A DNA stretch of 47,264 bases from assembly GCA_964403645.1 (NCBI GenBank), contig CAYOGQ010000002.1, forward strand, positions 1-47,264, in the 5' to 3' direction. The position numbers and the translations under genes are program-made. The DNA comes from an uncultured Ruminococcus sp. GTDB lineage: Bacteria > Bacillota > Clostridia > Oscillospirales > CAG-382. The notes under the pieces are model-generated. The model was not told where the DNA came from. It ran no database searches and saw only the letters and a list, made by a program, of their open reading frames with translations. Below are positions 34,247 to 42,520 of the stretch, piece by piece. How positions within the stretch are numbered: the first letter of the stretch is position 1; every line of letters starts with the position of its first letter.

Positions 34247-34275
34247 ATTTTACAACATTTTCCCAAAAATGTCAA
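34247..34275 (-). promoter_or_regulatory. Sigma-A type promoter (TTGACA, 17 nt, TAAAAT)
   Basis: On the minus strand, -35 is at 34275-34270 and -10 at 34252-34247. The leader before the ATG at 34102 is about 140 nt. Confidence 0.65.
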
Positions 34276-34368
34276 GCGTTTTACCCTATTTAACTTTGTC
34301 GGAACCGCCGAAAAATACGCTTTCAATTAGTGCAATTTTACGGCAAAAAGAAGGTATGGCTTTTTGTT

Positions 34369-34409
34369 CAATATAATACGCCCGGCGCGCTTTAACGTGT
34401 GCCGGGCGT
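34369..34409 (-). terminator. Hairpin terminator after the thiamine diphosphokinase gene
   Basis: ACGCCCGGC / GCCGGGCGT stem 13 nt after the stop. Confidence 0.65.
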
Positions 34410-34421
34410 TTTAATTAAAAT

Positions 34422-35066
34422 TTATAAAATAGTAATAAGTTCGGGTCCCCCCTGCCAGATCAACAGCGCCGCGCCGTCGGCGATTTCGACTTTGGAGGGT
34501 GCTCCCGTAAAAGCGTTGCTGACGCCCAGGGGATAGTCGCATTTTAAAACAGCGTCTTTCAGGGGATACTTTAACCCCTCCAGCGTCACCCCGCGACAAG
34601 TGCCGCCGAAGGCGAAAACCGAAATAGCCCCTTCCGCGCCGGACAAAAACGCCGCCGCGCCGTTTTTTATCATCGCGGCACATTCTGTGCGCGCGGCACA
34701 TTCGGCATCCCCGACCAAAATGCCTTTCGCGTTTTTAGTCGCGAGGAACGCGAGTGTCTGAAAGTTGGCGAAGGTATGGTCAAGCCTGCCGCCGATGCCC
34801 CCCGCGACGATAAAATCGACATAACCCTTTTCAAGTCCGATTTTTACCGCGAGCAGGGTGTCGGTTTCGTCCTTTTGCTCCGGGTAACGAATAATGTTTT
34901 CGCCTTCCGGAACAAAACCGAGCGAGTCGAAGTCCCCGACCACAAGGTCTGCCCTGACGCCGCCGAGGTTGTGATAACCCAAATCGGCGGCAATAACGCA
35001 GTCATCTTCTTTTTTATTTATTCTGTACCCTGTTTTAAGCGCTCCGACTACATAGCAAATACCCAT
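34422..35066 (-). CDS. thiN: Thiamine diphosphokinase
   Basis: 214 aa with LVVGDFDSLG motif, DETD, GGIGGRLDH, and a C-terminal thiamine-binding beta domain. Confidence 0.85.
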   Translation of the reverse strand: MGICYVVGALKTGYRINKKEDDCVIAADLGYHNLGGVRADLVVGDFDSLGFVPEGENIIRYPEQKDETDTLLAVKIGLEKGYVDFIVAGGIGGRLDHTFANFQTLAFLATKNAKGILVGDAECAARTECAAMIKNGAAAFLSGAEGAISVFAFGGTCRGVTLEGLKYPLKDAVLKCDYPLGVSNAFTGAPSKVEIADGAALLIWQGGPELITIL

Positions 35067-35084
35067 GTCACAGCCTCCGCGGGA

Positions 35085-35657
35085 TTATTTAACACTGAAT
35101 CTTTTTATAAATTCCGTGATAATGCCCTTACCCAGCACGACCACCGACACGACTAACAGGGCGAACCCCGTGGAGCCCAACGCGATAATCGGCCAGTTCA
35201 TCTCCGGCCAGCCCGCAAGGGCCGATATTATGGAGATCAACGATATAGCGATCGCCCATATCATAGGCAAGAGATTCTGCCTTTGCTTTCTGGTGTTGGA
35301 TAAAAAGAACACCCCGTTGATAAACACCCCAGCGAAGCAGATGATCGGCACGACGAACATCGCCCAACCCGGCGAAAGGATGTTGTTAATGAGTATAAGC
35401 TGCACGCAGGTATAGACCATCAGCTTGGTGGTCTGGCTGATACGGTTGAATTCCACCATATTTGGCGCGAACACGAACGACCAGACGAACCACAGCGCCC
35501 ACATGACCACGACGCTCCACGCCTTGCCGCCCGTATAATAATTGATTATCCCGCACGCGTAAGCCACGGCGAGCATGACCCAGCGCGCCACCGAGCTGAA
35601 TTCGGCTGCGAACAGTTTCTTTTTTGTCTGCTTGGGATATATTATCTTAACCTTCAT
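35085..35657 (-). CDS. Hypothetical polytopic membrane protein
   Basis: 190 aa with 5-6 hydrophobic helices. Its start overlaps the upstream stop by 11 nt, which implies translational coupling. Confidence 0.65.
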   Translation of the reverse strand: MKVKIIYPKQTKKKLFAAEFSSVARWVMLAVAYACGIINYYTGGKAWSVVVMWALWFVWSFVFAPNMVEFNRISQTTKLMVYTCVQLILINNILSPGWAMFVVPIICFAGVFINGVFFLSNTRKQRQNLLPMIWAIAISLISIISALAGWPEMNWPIIALGSTGFALLVVSVVVLGKGIITEFIKRFSVK

Positions 35658-37164
35658 ACAACTCGCTCCCCTCCGCGGCGGGCGTCAGCCCGTCCTCCTC
35701 GAGCAGGCGGTACATCACTTCTTCAAAAGTCGGATCGGCGGTCAGCTTGGACATGGAAAAGGTGGTGATATCCCCGAAGGTCACCATGGAACAATAGGCG
35801 CGGTTGGTGGCGCCGGTCCCCAGCACGAAGTCGAAGCTTTCGATATGTTCCGCCATTTCGGGCGGCAGCGCCACCACGCCTATGTTGGAAAGCGTATTAG
35901 TGAAGGTCTTTTCGCCGAGAAAGCCGTAAACCAGTCTCGCCACGGGGTTTTTTATAAACAACGGCACCCAGGTTAACGCCTTGACCAGCCCCGTCGTCGC
36001 GCGCACCATGCAGTTCATGGAGGCTTTCGAACCTTTTTCGGTGAGCTGTCTTTTGATTTCGGGCAGTATCGCCCCGGCGGAGGTGATTTCCGAAAGCGGC
36101 AGCCTTATGCCGCAGTAAAGCGAAAAATTATTTAAAGTTTCGGAATCGTAGAACTTTCGCATATTGACGGGGACCTGTATGTTCACGCTCCCCGATTCGC
36201 CGTCCGTCGCGGCTTTGCCGGCGACAAACATAAGAGACAGCATATACGCGGTGACGGTGACATTTTTCTCATGCGCCAACGCTATTAGTTTCAACGCGTC
36301 GAGCTTGAAATGGAGTATGCGGCAGGGCTTTATTTTAGAAAGGTCGCCCGACATCTGCACGGCGGATTTTTCGAGCAGTCCCGAGGATTTTTCGGCTTTT
36401 TCCGCTTTGACGAAATCGTTTGAGGTCTCCGACGGCCTGGGAAGGGCGTTTATGTCGAGCGCCCCGTCGAAAACGGGTATTACCGCGCCGAGCAGTCGAA
36501 GGTATTCGGCGGCGAGGGTTTTTAAAAATACCATGCCTCCGGTGGCGTCGGTCAGGACGTGGAAAAATTCCACGCTCAGGCGGTTATTATAATACAGCAC
36601 CCTGAATGCCTGCGAATCGCTCAAAGAGATGTCCAGCGGTCTGCACGGTACATATTTTTCCTTCTCTATGAAAAAGCGGCGTTTCGCGGCGTCGAGGTAA
36701 TGCCAGAAAAAGCCCTTTTTTACCGTTGTGGCAAAGCCGGGGAAACGTTTGATGGCAAAGGTCAGGGCAATTTGCAATATTTCAGGCGCGATGTCCTTTT
36801 TAAGATAAACCGAAAGGCGGAAAACCGCCATGCGGTTGTTCTGCATTGAAAGCGGATATATTTTCGCCGCGGAGTCGAGCGGGTACCACAGCGCGGGCGG
36901 CCGTGCGTAAAATCCCCCCATGTTTTCGGGAGCCATTCTCGCGGCGGCGGTCGAAACCGGAATTCCTATGGAGGAATAATACATAAACGCTTTTTCAAAA
37001 TCCTCGCGTATCGCCGAATCCCATTTCCTGCCGAGCGAAACGTGCAGGTTCAGGCGCGAAAAAAAATCCGTCAGTATCTCCCTGTCCTCGTCAAAAAGCG
37101 ACTGAACATATAGGCAATACCGGTCGTTTTCTTTCGTTGCCGCCTGTTTCTTTTTTTTGAACAT
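35647..37164 (-). CDS. Condensation-domain/acyltransferase-like protein (HxxxD motif)
   Basis: 505 aa. FHVLTDATGG is the HxxxD(G) catalytic signature of the condensation/WS-DGAT/alcohol-acyltransferase superfamily. No carrier or adenylation domain nearby. Confidence 0.6.
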   Translation of the reverse strand: MFKKKKQAATKENDRYCLYVQSLFDEDREILTDFFSRLNLHVSLGRKWDSAIREDFEKAFMYYSSIGIPVSTAAARMAPENMGGFYARPPALWYPLDSAAKIYPLSMQNNRMAVFRLSVYLKKDIAPEILQIALTFAIKRFPGFATTVKKGFFWHYLDAAKRRFFIEKEKYVPCRPLDISLSDSQAFRVLYYNNRLSVEFFHVLTDATGGMVFLKTLAAEYLRLLGAVIPVFDGALDINALPRPSETSNDFVKAEKAEKSSGLLEKSAVQMSGDLSKIKPCRILHFKLDALKLIALAHEKNVTVTAYMLSLMFVAGKAATDGESGSVNIQVPVNMRKFYDSETLNNFSLYCGIRLPLSEITSAGAILPEIKRQLTEKGSKASMNCMVRATTGLVKALTWVPLFIKNPVARLVYGFLGEKTFTNTLSNIGVVALPPEMAEHIESFDFVLGTGATNRAYCSMVTFGDITTFSMSKLTADPTFEEVMYRLLEEDGLTPAAEGSELYEG

Positions 37165-37280
37165 ATCGAATATATCCCGTCATTTTAATATGTCGAAATT
37201 TTAAATGTTATATTTAATAATAACATATAATACCGGATAATTCAACATCCGCTTATTGAAATTTTGTTGATTTTATATAT

Positions 37281-37338
37281 AAACAAAAAATAAAACGGGG
37301 CTGCCGTGAGTTTTAAACAAACTTAACAGCCCCGTTTT
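37281..37338 (-). terminator. Rho-independent terminator after rubredoxin
   Basis: AAAACGGGGCTG / CAGCCCCGTTTT stem. On the minus strand it is followed by ATTTTTTGTTT. Confidence 0.75.
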
Positions 37339-37401
37339 TTATTTTAAACCATGTACATTTTGACGTCGCTCGGACGTCTCTTATTGCTGCGATGCCAATT
37401 T

Positions 37402-37566
37402 TCAATCGTCGGCAGGCTCGAACTCGTCCTTGCTCGCAAAACAGATCGGGCATTGCCAGTCGTCGGGGATATCCTCGAACGCGGTGCCGGGCGCTATCCC
37501 GCCGTCGGGGTCGCCGAGAGCCGGGTCGTAAATATACCCGCAGGGTATGCAGCGGTATTTTTGCAT
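37402..37566 (-). CDS. Rubredoxin
   Basis: Absent from the ORF track (54 aa). Hand translation gives [54 protein letters not shown], with both CxxC knuckles and the conserved YxYDP/PDDW motifs. AGGAG RBS. Confidence 0.95.
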   Translation of the reverse strand: MQKYRCIPCGYIYDPALGDPDGGIAPGTAFEDIPDDWQCPICFASKDEFEPADD

Positions 37567-37582
37567 GATAAGTCTCCTTTCC

Positions 37583-37599
37583 TTAAATGTTGCACATTT
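37583..37599. promoter_or_regulatory. Palindrome TAAATGT-N3-ACATTTA just upstream of the rubredoxin RBS
   Basis: Read directly. 7-bp arms, 3-nt spacer, about 6 nt upstream of the SD sequence. Confidence 0.35.
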
Positions 37600-37609
37600 A
37601 GCGGTTTTA

Positions 37610-37665
37610 CCGTTAACGGTTAACGGTTAACGGTTAATCGTTAACGGTTAATCGTTAATGCTTAA
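37610..37665. repeat. Heptanucleotide tandem array, eight units of sGTTAAy (CGTTAAC GGTTAAC GGTTAAC GGTTAAT CGTTAAC GGTTAAT CGTTAAT GCTTAAA)
   Basis: Read directly. It lies between the cupin stop (37679) and the rubredoxin start (37566). Confidence 0.9.
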
Positions 37666-37678
37666 AGTTTTGCCGTAT

Positions 37679-37993
37679 TCAATTCTTTGGAGCGGGCGAT
37701 TTCACCACGATAAGCTCAAGGGGTTCGCCGCCGTGGTTTTTTACGTTCATCTTGGTTTGGAATGGAATTTTAAGCAATGTCCCCGCCGGGTATTCGCGGA
37801 CTTCCCCGTCGTTTAATCCTATGGAGAGCGTTCCGCGGATCACGGTCATGTAAACGTTGGAATTGGCGAAATGCACCGGCAGTCCGTCGCCTTGGTCAAA
37901 CTTCATGTGTATATACTGTAAATTTTCGTCGGACAGTATCTTTTCCACAACTCTGCCGCCGCTTTGCGCCAAATTAAACACCTGTTCTGCCAT
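37679..37993 (-). CDS. Cupin-domain protein
   Basis: 104 aa. The single small beta-barrel pattern (GDGLPVHFANSNVYMTVIRGTL...NHGGEPLELIVVK) fits cupin_2. GGAGG RBS. Confidence 0.75.
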   Translation of the reverse strand: MAEQVFNLAQSGGRVVEKILSDENLQYIHMKFDQGDGLPVHFANSNVYMTVIRGTLSIGLNDGEVREYPAGTLLKIPFQTKMNVKNHGGEPLELIVVKSPAPKN

Positions 37994-38114
37994 TCGGTTT
38001 CCTCCTTATTTTTTATTTGTCTAATAATATCAAAGCATTGCGAATAAATCAACAATAAAATTCACATTGGCACAAATATTTTATAAATGATAAAAAGTGC
38101 GGTGTATTGAAATT

Positions 38115-38145
38115 AAAAGGAAGAAGTTGTTTGCTTCTTCCTTTT
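38115..38145 (-). terminator. Hairpin terminator after the 239-aa gene
   Basis: AAAAGGAAGAAG / CTTCTTCCTTTT 12-bp stem with a 7-nt loop. It could act in both directions. Confidence 0.75.
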
Positions 38146-38167
38146 ATAACTTTTGCGTTTATCGTCT

Positions 38168-38887
38168 TTACGACAAAAGCAACGCTTTTAATTTCGCGGC
38201 CTTTTCAACGGCGGCGGCTGTGCCCTTTTTTGCGCGGATTAAGACTGCCTTTATAAGGCACAGTATTTCATCCTCCGTCAGTTCGGCGTGCTCCGCTTCG
38301 GAAAACGCATCTTTTGCCGAAGGCTGATCTGCCGAGGTCCGTTCATCCTGCGCAAACGGCTCGTCTGCCGTTAACGGCTCGCTTGCCGGTACCGCTTCCC
38401 CGCCGGGCGCGGTTTCGGTAAATCCGGTTTCCGGTTCGGCTTCCTCCCACGCCACGGTGTCTTCCCCGGCGAAAACCGGTTCGCTTTCCGCTTTATCAAA
38501 ACCGCTCGAGGCGTGCCTGCCTTTTACACGCTGCTGCTTGGTCTGTTCTTTTTTATAAGCGGCGACAAGCTTGGAGTATTTCCGCTCCTGCAACAGACGA
38601 ATCATTTGTTCGTCGGTAAAGCTGCCGGCTTCTTCGGTCGCACCCATGAGATAATAAGGATCGACGTCCGCCGCGTAGGCGATGGGCAAAAGCAGTTTCA
38701 ACGTGATTATCCCGGTGTTGGATACGCGGTAAAGCGTGGCTTTTGCTACTCCTGTAAAATCGAACACCTCGTTTTTCTGAGCCCTGCTTAAGGATTTCCA
38801 AATCTTTTTAACGCGGGATTTGGTTTTTTCTGTGTCGACGCTTACGTTTATGCGTTTTAATTGCGTTGCTAATTCCTTGCTTAACAT
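38168..38887 (-). CDS. Hypothetical protein with a possible N-terminal HTH and an acidic low-complexity centre
   Basis: 239 aa. FTGVAKATLYRVSNTGIITL looks like an HTH. The central segment is E/A/P/T-rich. No recognisable family. Confidence 0.55.
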   Translation of the reverse strand: MLSKELATQLKRINVSVDTEKTKSRVKKIWKSLSRAQKNEVFDFTGVAKATLYRVSNTGIITLKLLLPIAYAADVDPYYLMGATEEAGSFTDEQMIRLLQERKYSKLVAAYKKEQTKQQRVKGRHASSGFDKAESEPVFAGEDTVAWEEAEPETGFTETAPGGEAVPASEPLTADEPFAQDERTSADQPSAKDAFSEAEHAELTEDEILCLIKAVLIRAKKGTAAAVEKAAKLKALLLS

Positions 38888-39150
38888 TTTATACGCTCCT
38901 TCAAAATGGTATTTTTTATATTATATAACATTTATTGTTAATTTACAATATAATTATAAAAAAATTTTTCAAGTATGAGTGATATTGATTATTATTTAGT
39001 ACTAACGCGTCCGGAATTTGACGTGTGTTGGCGTGTTTGTATCCGTACATCCGTTCTTCGGCGATATTCAGCAATTTGCTGGGGTTGCGCGTTTGGTCGT
39101 GCGTGTGGCGTTGGCGCGTTAGTGATTTGTCATACTTTTGTAAAAGACTG

Positions 39151-39179
39151 TTGAATATAAAACCCGGTTATGGTATAAT
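39151..39179 (+). promoter_or_regulatory. Sigma-A type promoter (TTGAAT, 17 nt, TGgTATAAT)
   Basis: -35 at 39151-39156, TG at 39171-39172 and TATAAT at 39174-39179. Confidence 0.8.
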
Positions 39180-39257
39180 TCGTAAGCGGCGAAACGATTT
39201 CGGCATGAAGCGGTATCGCATGGGCGTCATACATTTTATGTACCGGGAGAGCGGGCG

Positions 39258-39910
39258 ATGTTAAATACTTTTACATATATTATTATCCAAAATTTTCGGG
39301 TAAATTAAAGACTGATATTAAAACATTACTTGTATCAAACAACAAGTTAAAAACTTTTTATCATGAAAAAGCCGTAGCGGAAATGAATATAAAAATCGCC
39401 GAAAAGTTCGGCTTGGACAAAAGTATTTGTGAACTATGCGGTTATTTGCATGACATAAGCGCGGTGGTCGCTCCCGCCGATATGCTTACATACGCGGTGC
39501 AAAATGATTGGCATATAGACAAATCCGAAAAAGCGTATCCCTTTTTACTGCATCAGCGCATATCCAAGGTAATTGCGAAACAGTATTTCGGCATAACCGA
39601 CGAAAAAACGTTGTCCGCAATCGAATGCCACAGCACTTTAAAAGCTTCCCCATCCGCATATGACATGGCATTATTTATCGCAGACAAATTGGCATGGGAT
39701 CAAGAAAATCAACCGCCGTTTTACTCGGTTGTGAACGACGCCTTGAAAAAATCGCTGGAATCGGCTTCGCTGGCATATATGGATTATATTGTAACAAATA
39801 AAATGATTTTACACCCGCACGAATGGTTTATATCAGCGGTAAGGTTTTTACGCAATAAAACCGATCGGATTAATCCGCGGGAGAGGAATGTAAATGAAAA
39901 CGAATTATGA
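39258..39910 (+). pseudogene. YqeK-like HD-domain phosphohydrolase with an apparent 1-nt frameshift near 39288-39296
   Basis: The listed ORF (39383-39910) begins after the conserved first His (in-frame upstream codons read ...KTFYHEKAVAEM). The ATG at 39258 has a GGGAGA RBS but stops after 16 codons. Restoring one base in the CCAAAATTTT run joins the two frames. Confidence 0.6.
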
Positions 39911-40502
39911 TACAACCATTGCAACAAGTCATGGCGACACCCCGAAAAATCCTTATGTCATCAGTATTTCCGGCGTTTCGGGGAGCGGGAAAACCACGGC
40001 GGCGAATAAATTGAAAGCGCTCCTGACAAATGCCGAAATTGTCTGTTTTGACGATTTTCCCGGCGATTTGCTGGGGCGCGACTATTGCGAATGGTCGGAA
40101 TCCGGCGGTTATTGCGACGCGTGGAACCTTTCGGCAATGACCGAACGGTTGGACTTTCTGCTCACTAAACCTATAAATTATATAATCATCGACTACCCTT
40201 TCGGGAAGTCGCATAGTAAAGTTTCAAAATACATAGATTTGTCCGTTTGGCTCGATATCCCCCTTGACGTCTCGCTCGCAAAGCGCGTCCTGCGCGATTT
40301 TACCCGCCGCTCGCCCTCGCGCCGTCCTTTAAAAAGAAATGCAGCGGATGAAATATCAGCCTATCTCGACTTTTATCTCGCAAGGCACAGGGACACGTAT
40401 TTGACGCATATAAAAACGGTAAGGCCGTTCGTCGACGTCGTCGCGGACGGAACCGAGACACCGGATGAAATCGCGGATGAGATAATGAAATTTATTATAT
40501 AA
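39894..40502 (+). CDS. P-loop nucleoside/nucleotide kinase-like protein (uridine-kinase fold)
   Basis: 202 aa with Walker A ISISGVSGSGKTT, and IIIDYPFG and DIPLDVSLAKRVLRD motifs. It overlaps the HD gene by 17 nt. Confidence 0.65.
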   Translation: MKTNYDTTIATSHGDTPKNPYVISISGVSGSGKTTAANKLKALLTNAEIVCFDDFPGDLLGRDYCEWSESGGYCDAWNLSAMTERLDFLLTKPINYIIIDYPFGKSHSKVSKYIDLSVWLDIPLDVSLAKRVLRDFTRRSPSRRPLKRNAADEISAYLDFYLARHRDTYLTHIKTVRPFVDVVADGTETPDEIADEIMKFII

Positions 40503-40568
40503 AATGAATTTGACGGAGATAAAAATGAACGCCGACAAGATAAATAATGACTTAATGCCCGTTACGGC

Positions 40569-41684
40569 TTAGCGTTCTATTAAAATCAGCGGCACGACCA
40601 TTTCGGCTTCGGTCAGCCCGGCGTGGAACGCCAAAAACCCGTGCTTTTCGCCTTTACTGTTTTTGCACCACAGCGAAAGGCTGCCGACGGCGAGCGCGAC
40701 GTAATCACCCAAAAAATCCGGCGTCCTTTTATGCGGCTGACCAAACCCGAAAAGCCCGCTTTCAAGGGCTTCTTTGCCGGTCATAAACCAAAATTCGTCC
40801 CCGAAGCGGTCGTTCCAGCGCCGCGGAAAAATATCGTAAAATTCCGGCTTTACGAAAAAAGAAAGGCTGCGCGGTTCCCGCGTCGGCATGACGGCGAGAC
40901 ATTCGGCGATTTCGTTGAAATCTTCGACCGCCAGATCGGCGGCGTCGGTCAGACCGTGGTCGGCTGTGACGACGAGCAGGGTGTCGCGTACCGAAGCGGC
41001 AAGGCTTTCTATCTGTTTGTCGAACAGCACCACGTCGGCCTTGACGCGCTCGCTGCGGCAGCCGTTCAAGTGCGCGTCATTGTCCGGTTGAAAATGATAA
41101 GCGTAGATATAACGCCGTCCGTTCCTGCGGCACAGCGCCGAAATATGGTCGCAGACCGCCTCGTTGGTGTCGGTCCAATATTCCCCGAAAGGGAAGACGC
41201 GGCAGCACTCGACCGACGGGTCGGCGTCATTTATCTGACCGAACAGGTTTTTATAACCGACGGCTTTCCAAACGGTCTCATTTTCGGCGGCGGGCTTGTC
41301 GGTGCCGCTCTCCCTGCCGGAAAACAAGTCGACGCGTTTGCCGATCTCTTTAAAATAATGCGCCCAACCCAGCCAGCCGTGCTCGGCCGGGGTCAAACCC
41401 GTTTCCAGAGTGGTCAGCGCGGAAGTGGTGGTGCAGGGATAAACCGAGCTTAACTTCGACGCGAGGTTTTTTATGAGGAAGCCTTCAGGCGCGTGGGTTT
41501 GCAACATTTCCATGCCCATTCCGTCGAGCACGATCAAGACGACGTTTTTAAAGCCGCTCCGCAGCGCGGCGTCCAGAACAGGCGACGTCGCGTGATGCGG
41601 CTTTGCCCCGTAGTGGTGTAAAATGGAATTGGGTATGCCGAGTATGCTATTTTTGTAATCGGGCTTATAGATGGTTGCGTTCAT
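40569..41684 (-). CDS. Alkaline-phosphatase-superfamily protein (type I phosphodiesterase/nucleotide pyrophosphatase-like)
   Basis: 371 aa with VVLIVLDGMGMEML metal-site motif, PCTTTSALTTLETGLTPAEHGW nucleophile region and VVTADHGL. AAGGAA RBS 16 nt after the upstream stop. Confidence 0.7.
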   Translation of the reverse strand: MNATIYKPDYKNSILGIPNSILHHYGAKPHHATSPVLDAALRSGFKNVVLIVLDGMGMEMLQTHAPEGFLIKNLASKLSSVYPCTTTSALTTLETGLTPAEHGWLGWAHYFKEIGKRVDLFSGRESGTDKPAAENETVWKAVGYKNLFGQINDADPSVECCRVFPFGEYWTDTNEAVCDHISALCRRNGRRYIYAYHFQPDNDAHLNGCRSERVKADVVLFDKQIESLAASVRDTLLVVTADHGLTDAADLAVEDFNEIAECLAVMPTREPRSLSFFVKPEFYDIFPRRWNDRFGDEFWFMTGKEALESGLFGFGQPHKRTPDFLGDYVALAVGSLSLWCKNSKGEKHGFLAFHAGLTEAEMVVPLILIER

Positions 41685-41700
41685 GAAGATTCCTTATCAT

Positions 41701-42399
41701 TTACTTTGTTAAAATAGGGACGGTTATATCATAAAAATCATATTCTTTCGCGTTATCAAAGACAAGGTCGCCGAAAAAGCCGTCAAAACCGTCATAATGG
41801 TGATAAGCAAATTTCATAGAGCCGTTTATGACCTCTATTGTTTCAACGCCGATAGCAAGCCCATGATTTAGGTAATAGAAAATTTCATTAAATCCGCTTG
41901 ATTGATCATCGACAGACATACTTAATTCGCGCGGTAGATACGAATCCAGCGTATTTTTAAGGATTTCGGCGGGATCGACCGATTTTAACTTCAAGCAGGC
42001 ATACAATCCGTCGTCATGGCAATAGAGCGCAAATGTATTTTGTATTTTCGGCAATTCGATATCGAGAGGAATCGCATTGTTAATAAACAATCCCTCTATC
42101 GACGAAAGTTCACCGTCGGGAATGTCCGCAATTTTTATAGTTTTATGGTTGCCAACACACACGATATCATAAAAATCCCGGTAATAATTCTTTTTTTGAG
42201 TGTTGTGTTGAAAATCCTTCCAAAGATAAATATCGGGTTTTGTTTTATAACTATGGTCGATGATCAATTCTCTGCCGGAAAAATCCAATATTTCGCAATA
42301 TCTATTTATCGGAATACTCGAACTCTCCCATATCAAGCCGTATTCTTTAAATGATGAATATCTGATAATTATCTTTTTCATTTTGACTCTCGGTTTCAT
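41701..42399 (-). CDS. Hypothetical protein (AT-rich gene, no recognisable family)
   Basis: 232-aa ORF co-directional with and 16 nt upstream of the phosphodiesterase-like gene. The start is uncertain (ATG 42399 or 42381). Confidence 0.5.
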   Translation of the reverse strand: MKPRVKMKKIIIRYSSFKEYGLIWESSSIPINRYCEILDFSGRELIIDHSYKTKPDIYLWKDFQHNTQKKNYYRDFYDIVCVGNHKTIKIADIPDGELSSIEGLFINNAIPLDIELPKIQNTFALYCHDDGLYACLKLKSVDPAEILKNTLDSYLPRELSMSVDDQSSGFNEIFYYLNHGLAIGVETIEVINGSMKFAYHHYDGFDGFFGDLVFDNAKEYDFYDITVPILTK

Positions 42400-42487
42400 C
42401 GTACGGTTATATTTGTAATTTTCTTTTATTTTACCACGAAAAAATTTAATGTCAAGTTATTAAAACGGACATAATTAACATTTATAA

Positions 42488-42516
42488 TTGATTTTTAAAT
42501 TTTTGGGTGATATAAT
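42488..42516 (+). promoter_or_regulatory. Consensus sigma-A promoter (TTGATT, 17 nt, TGaTATAAT)
   Basis: -35 at 42488-42493 and -10 at 42511-42516, with TG two bases upstream of the -10. Confidence 0.7.
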
Positions 42517-42520
42517 ATAA

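Noticed and set aside
37351-37623. The 90-aa plus-strand ORF listed over the rubredoxin locus.
   Set aside because: It is the antisense shadow of the 54-codon rubredoxin gene, which has unmistakable motifs, an RBS and a terminator.
39001-39123. A 9-bp inverted repeat ACTAACGCG...CGCGTTAGT enclosing a GT-rich segment of about 105 nt upstream of the HD-gene promoter (possible MITE or structured RNA).
   Set aside because: Roughly twenty 9-bp inverted repeats within about 120 nt are expected by chance in 47 kb. No target-site duplication or second copy was seen. The ORF listed here (39025-39264) has no RBS.
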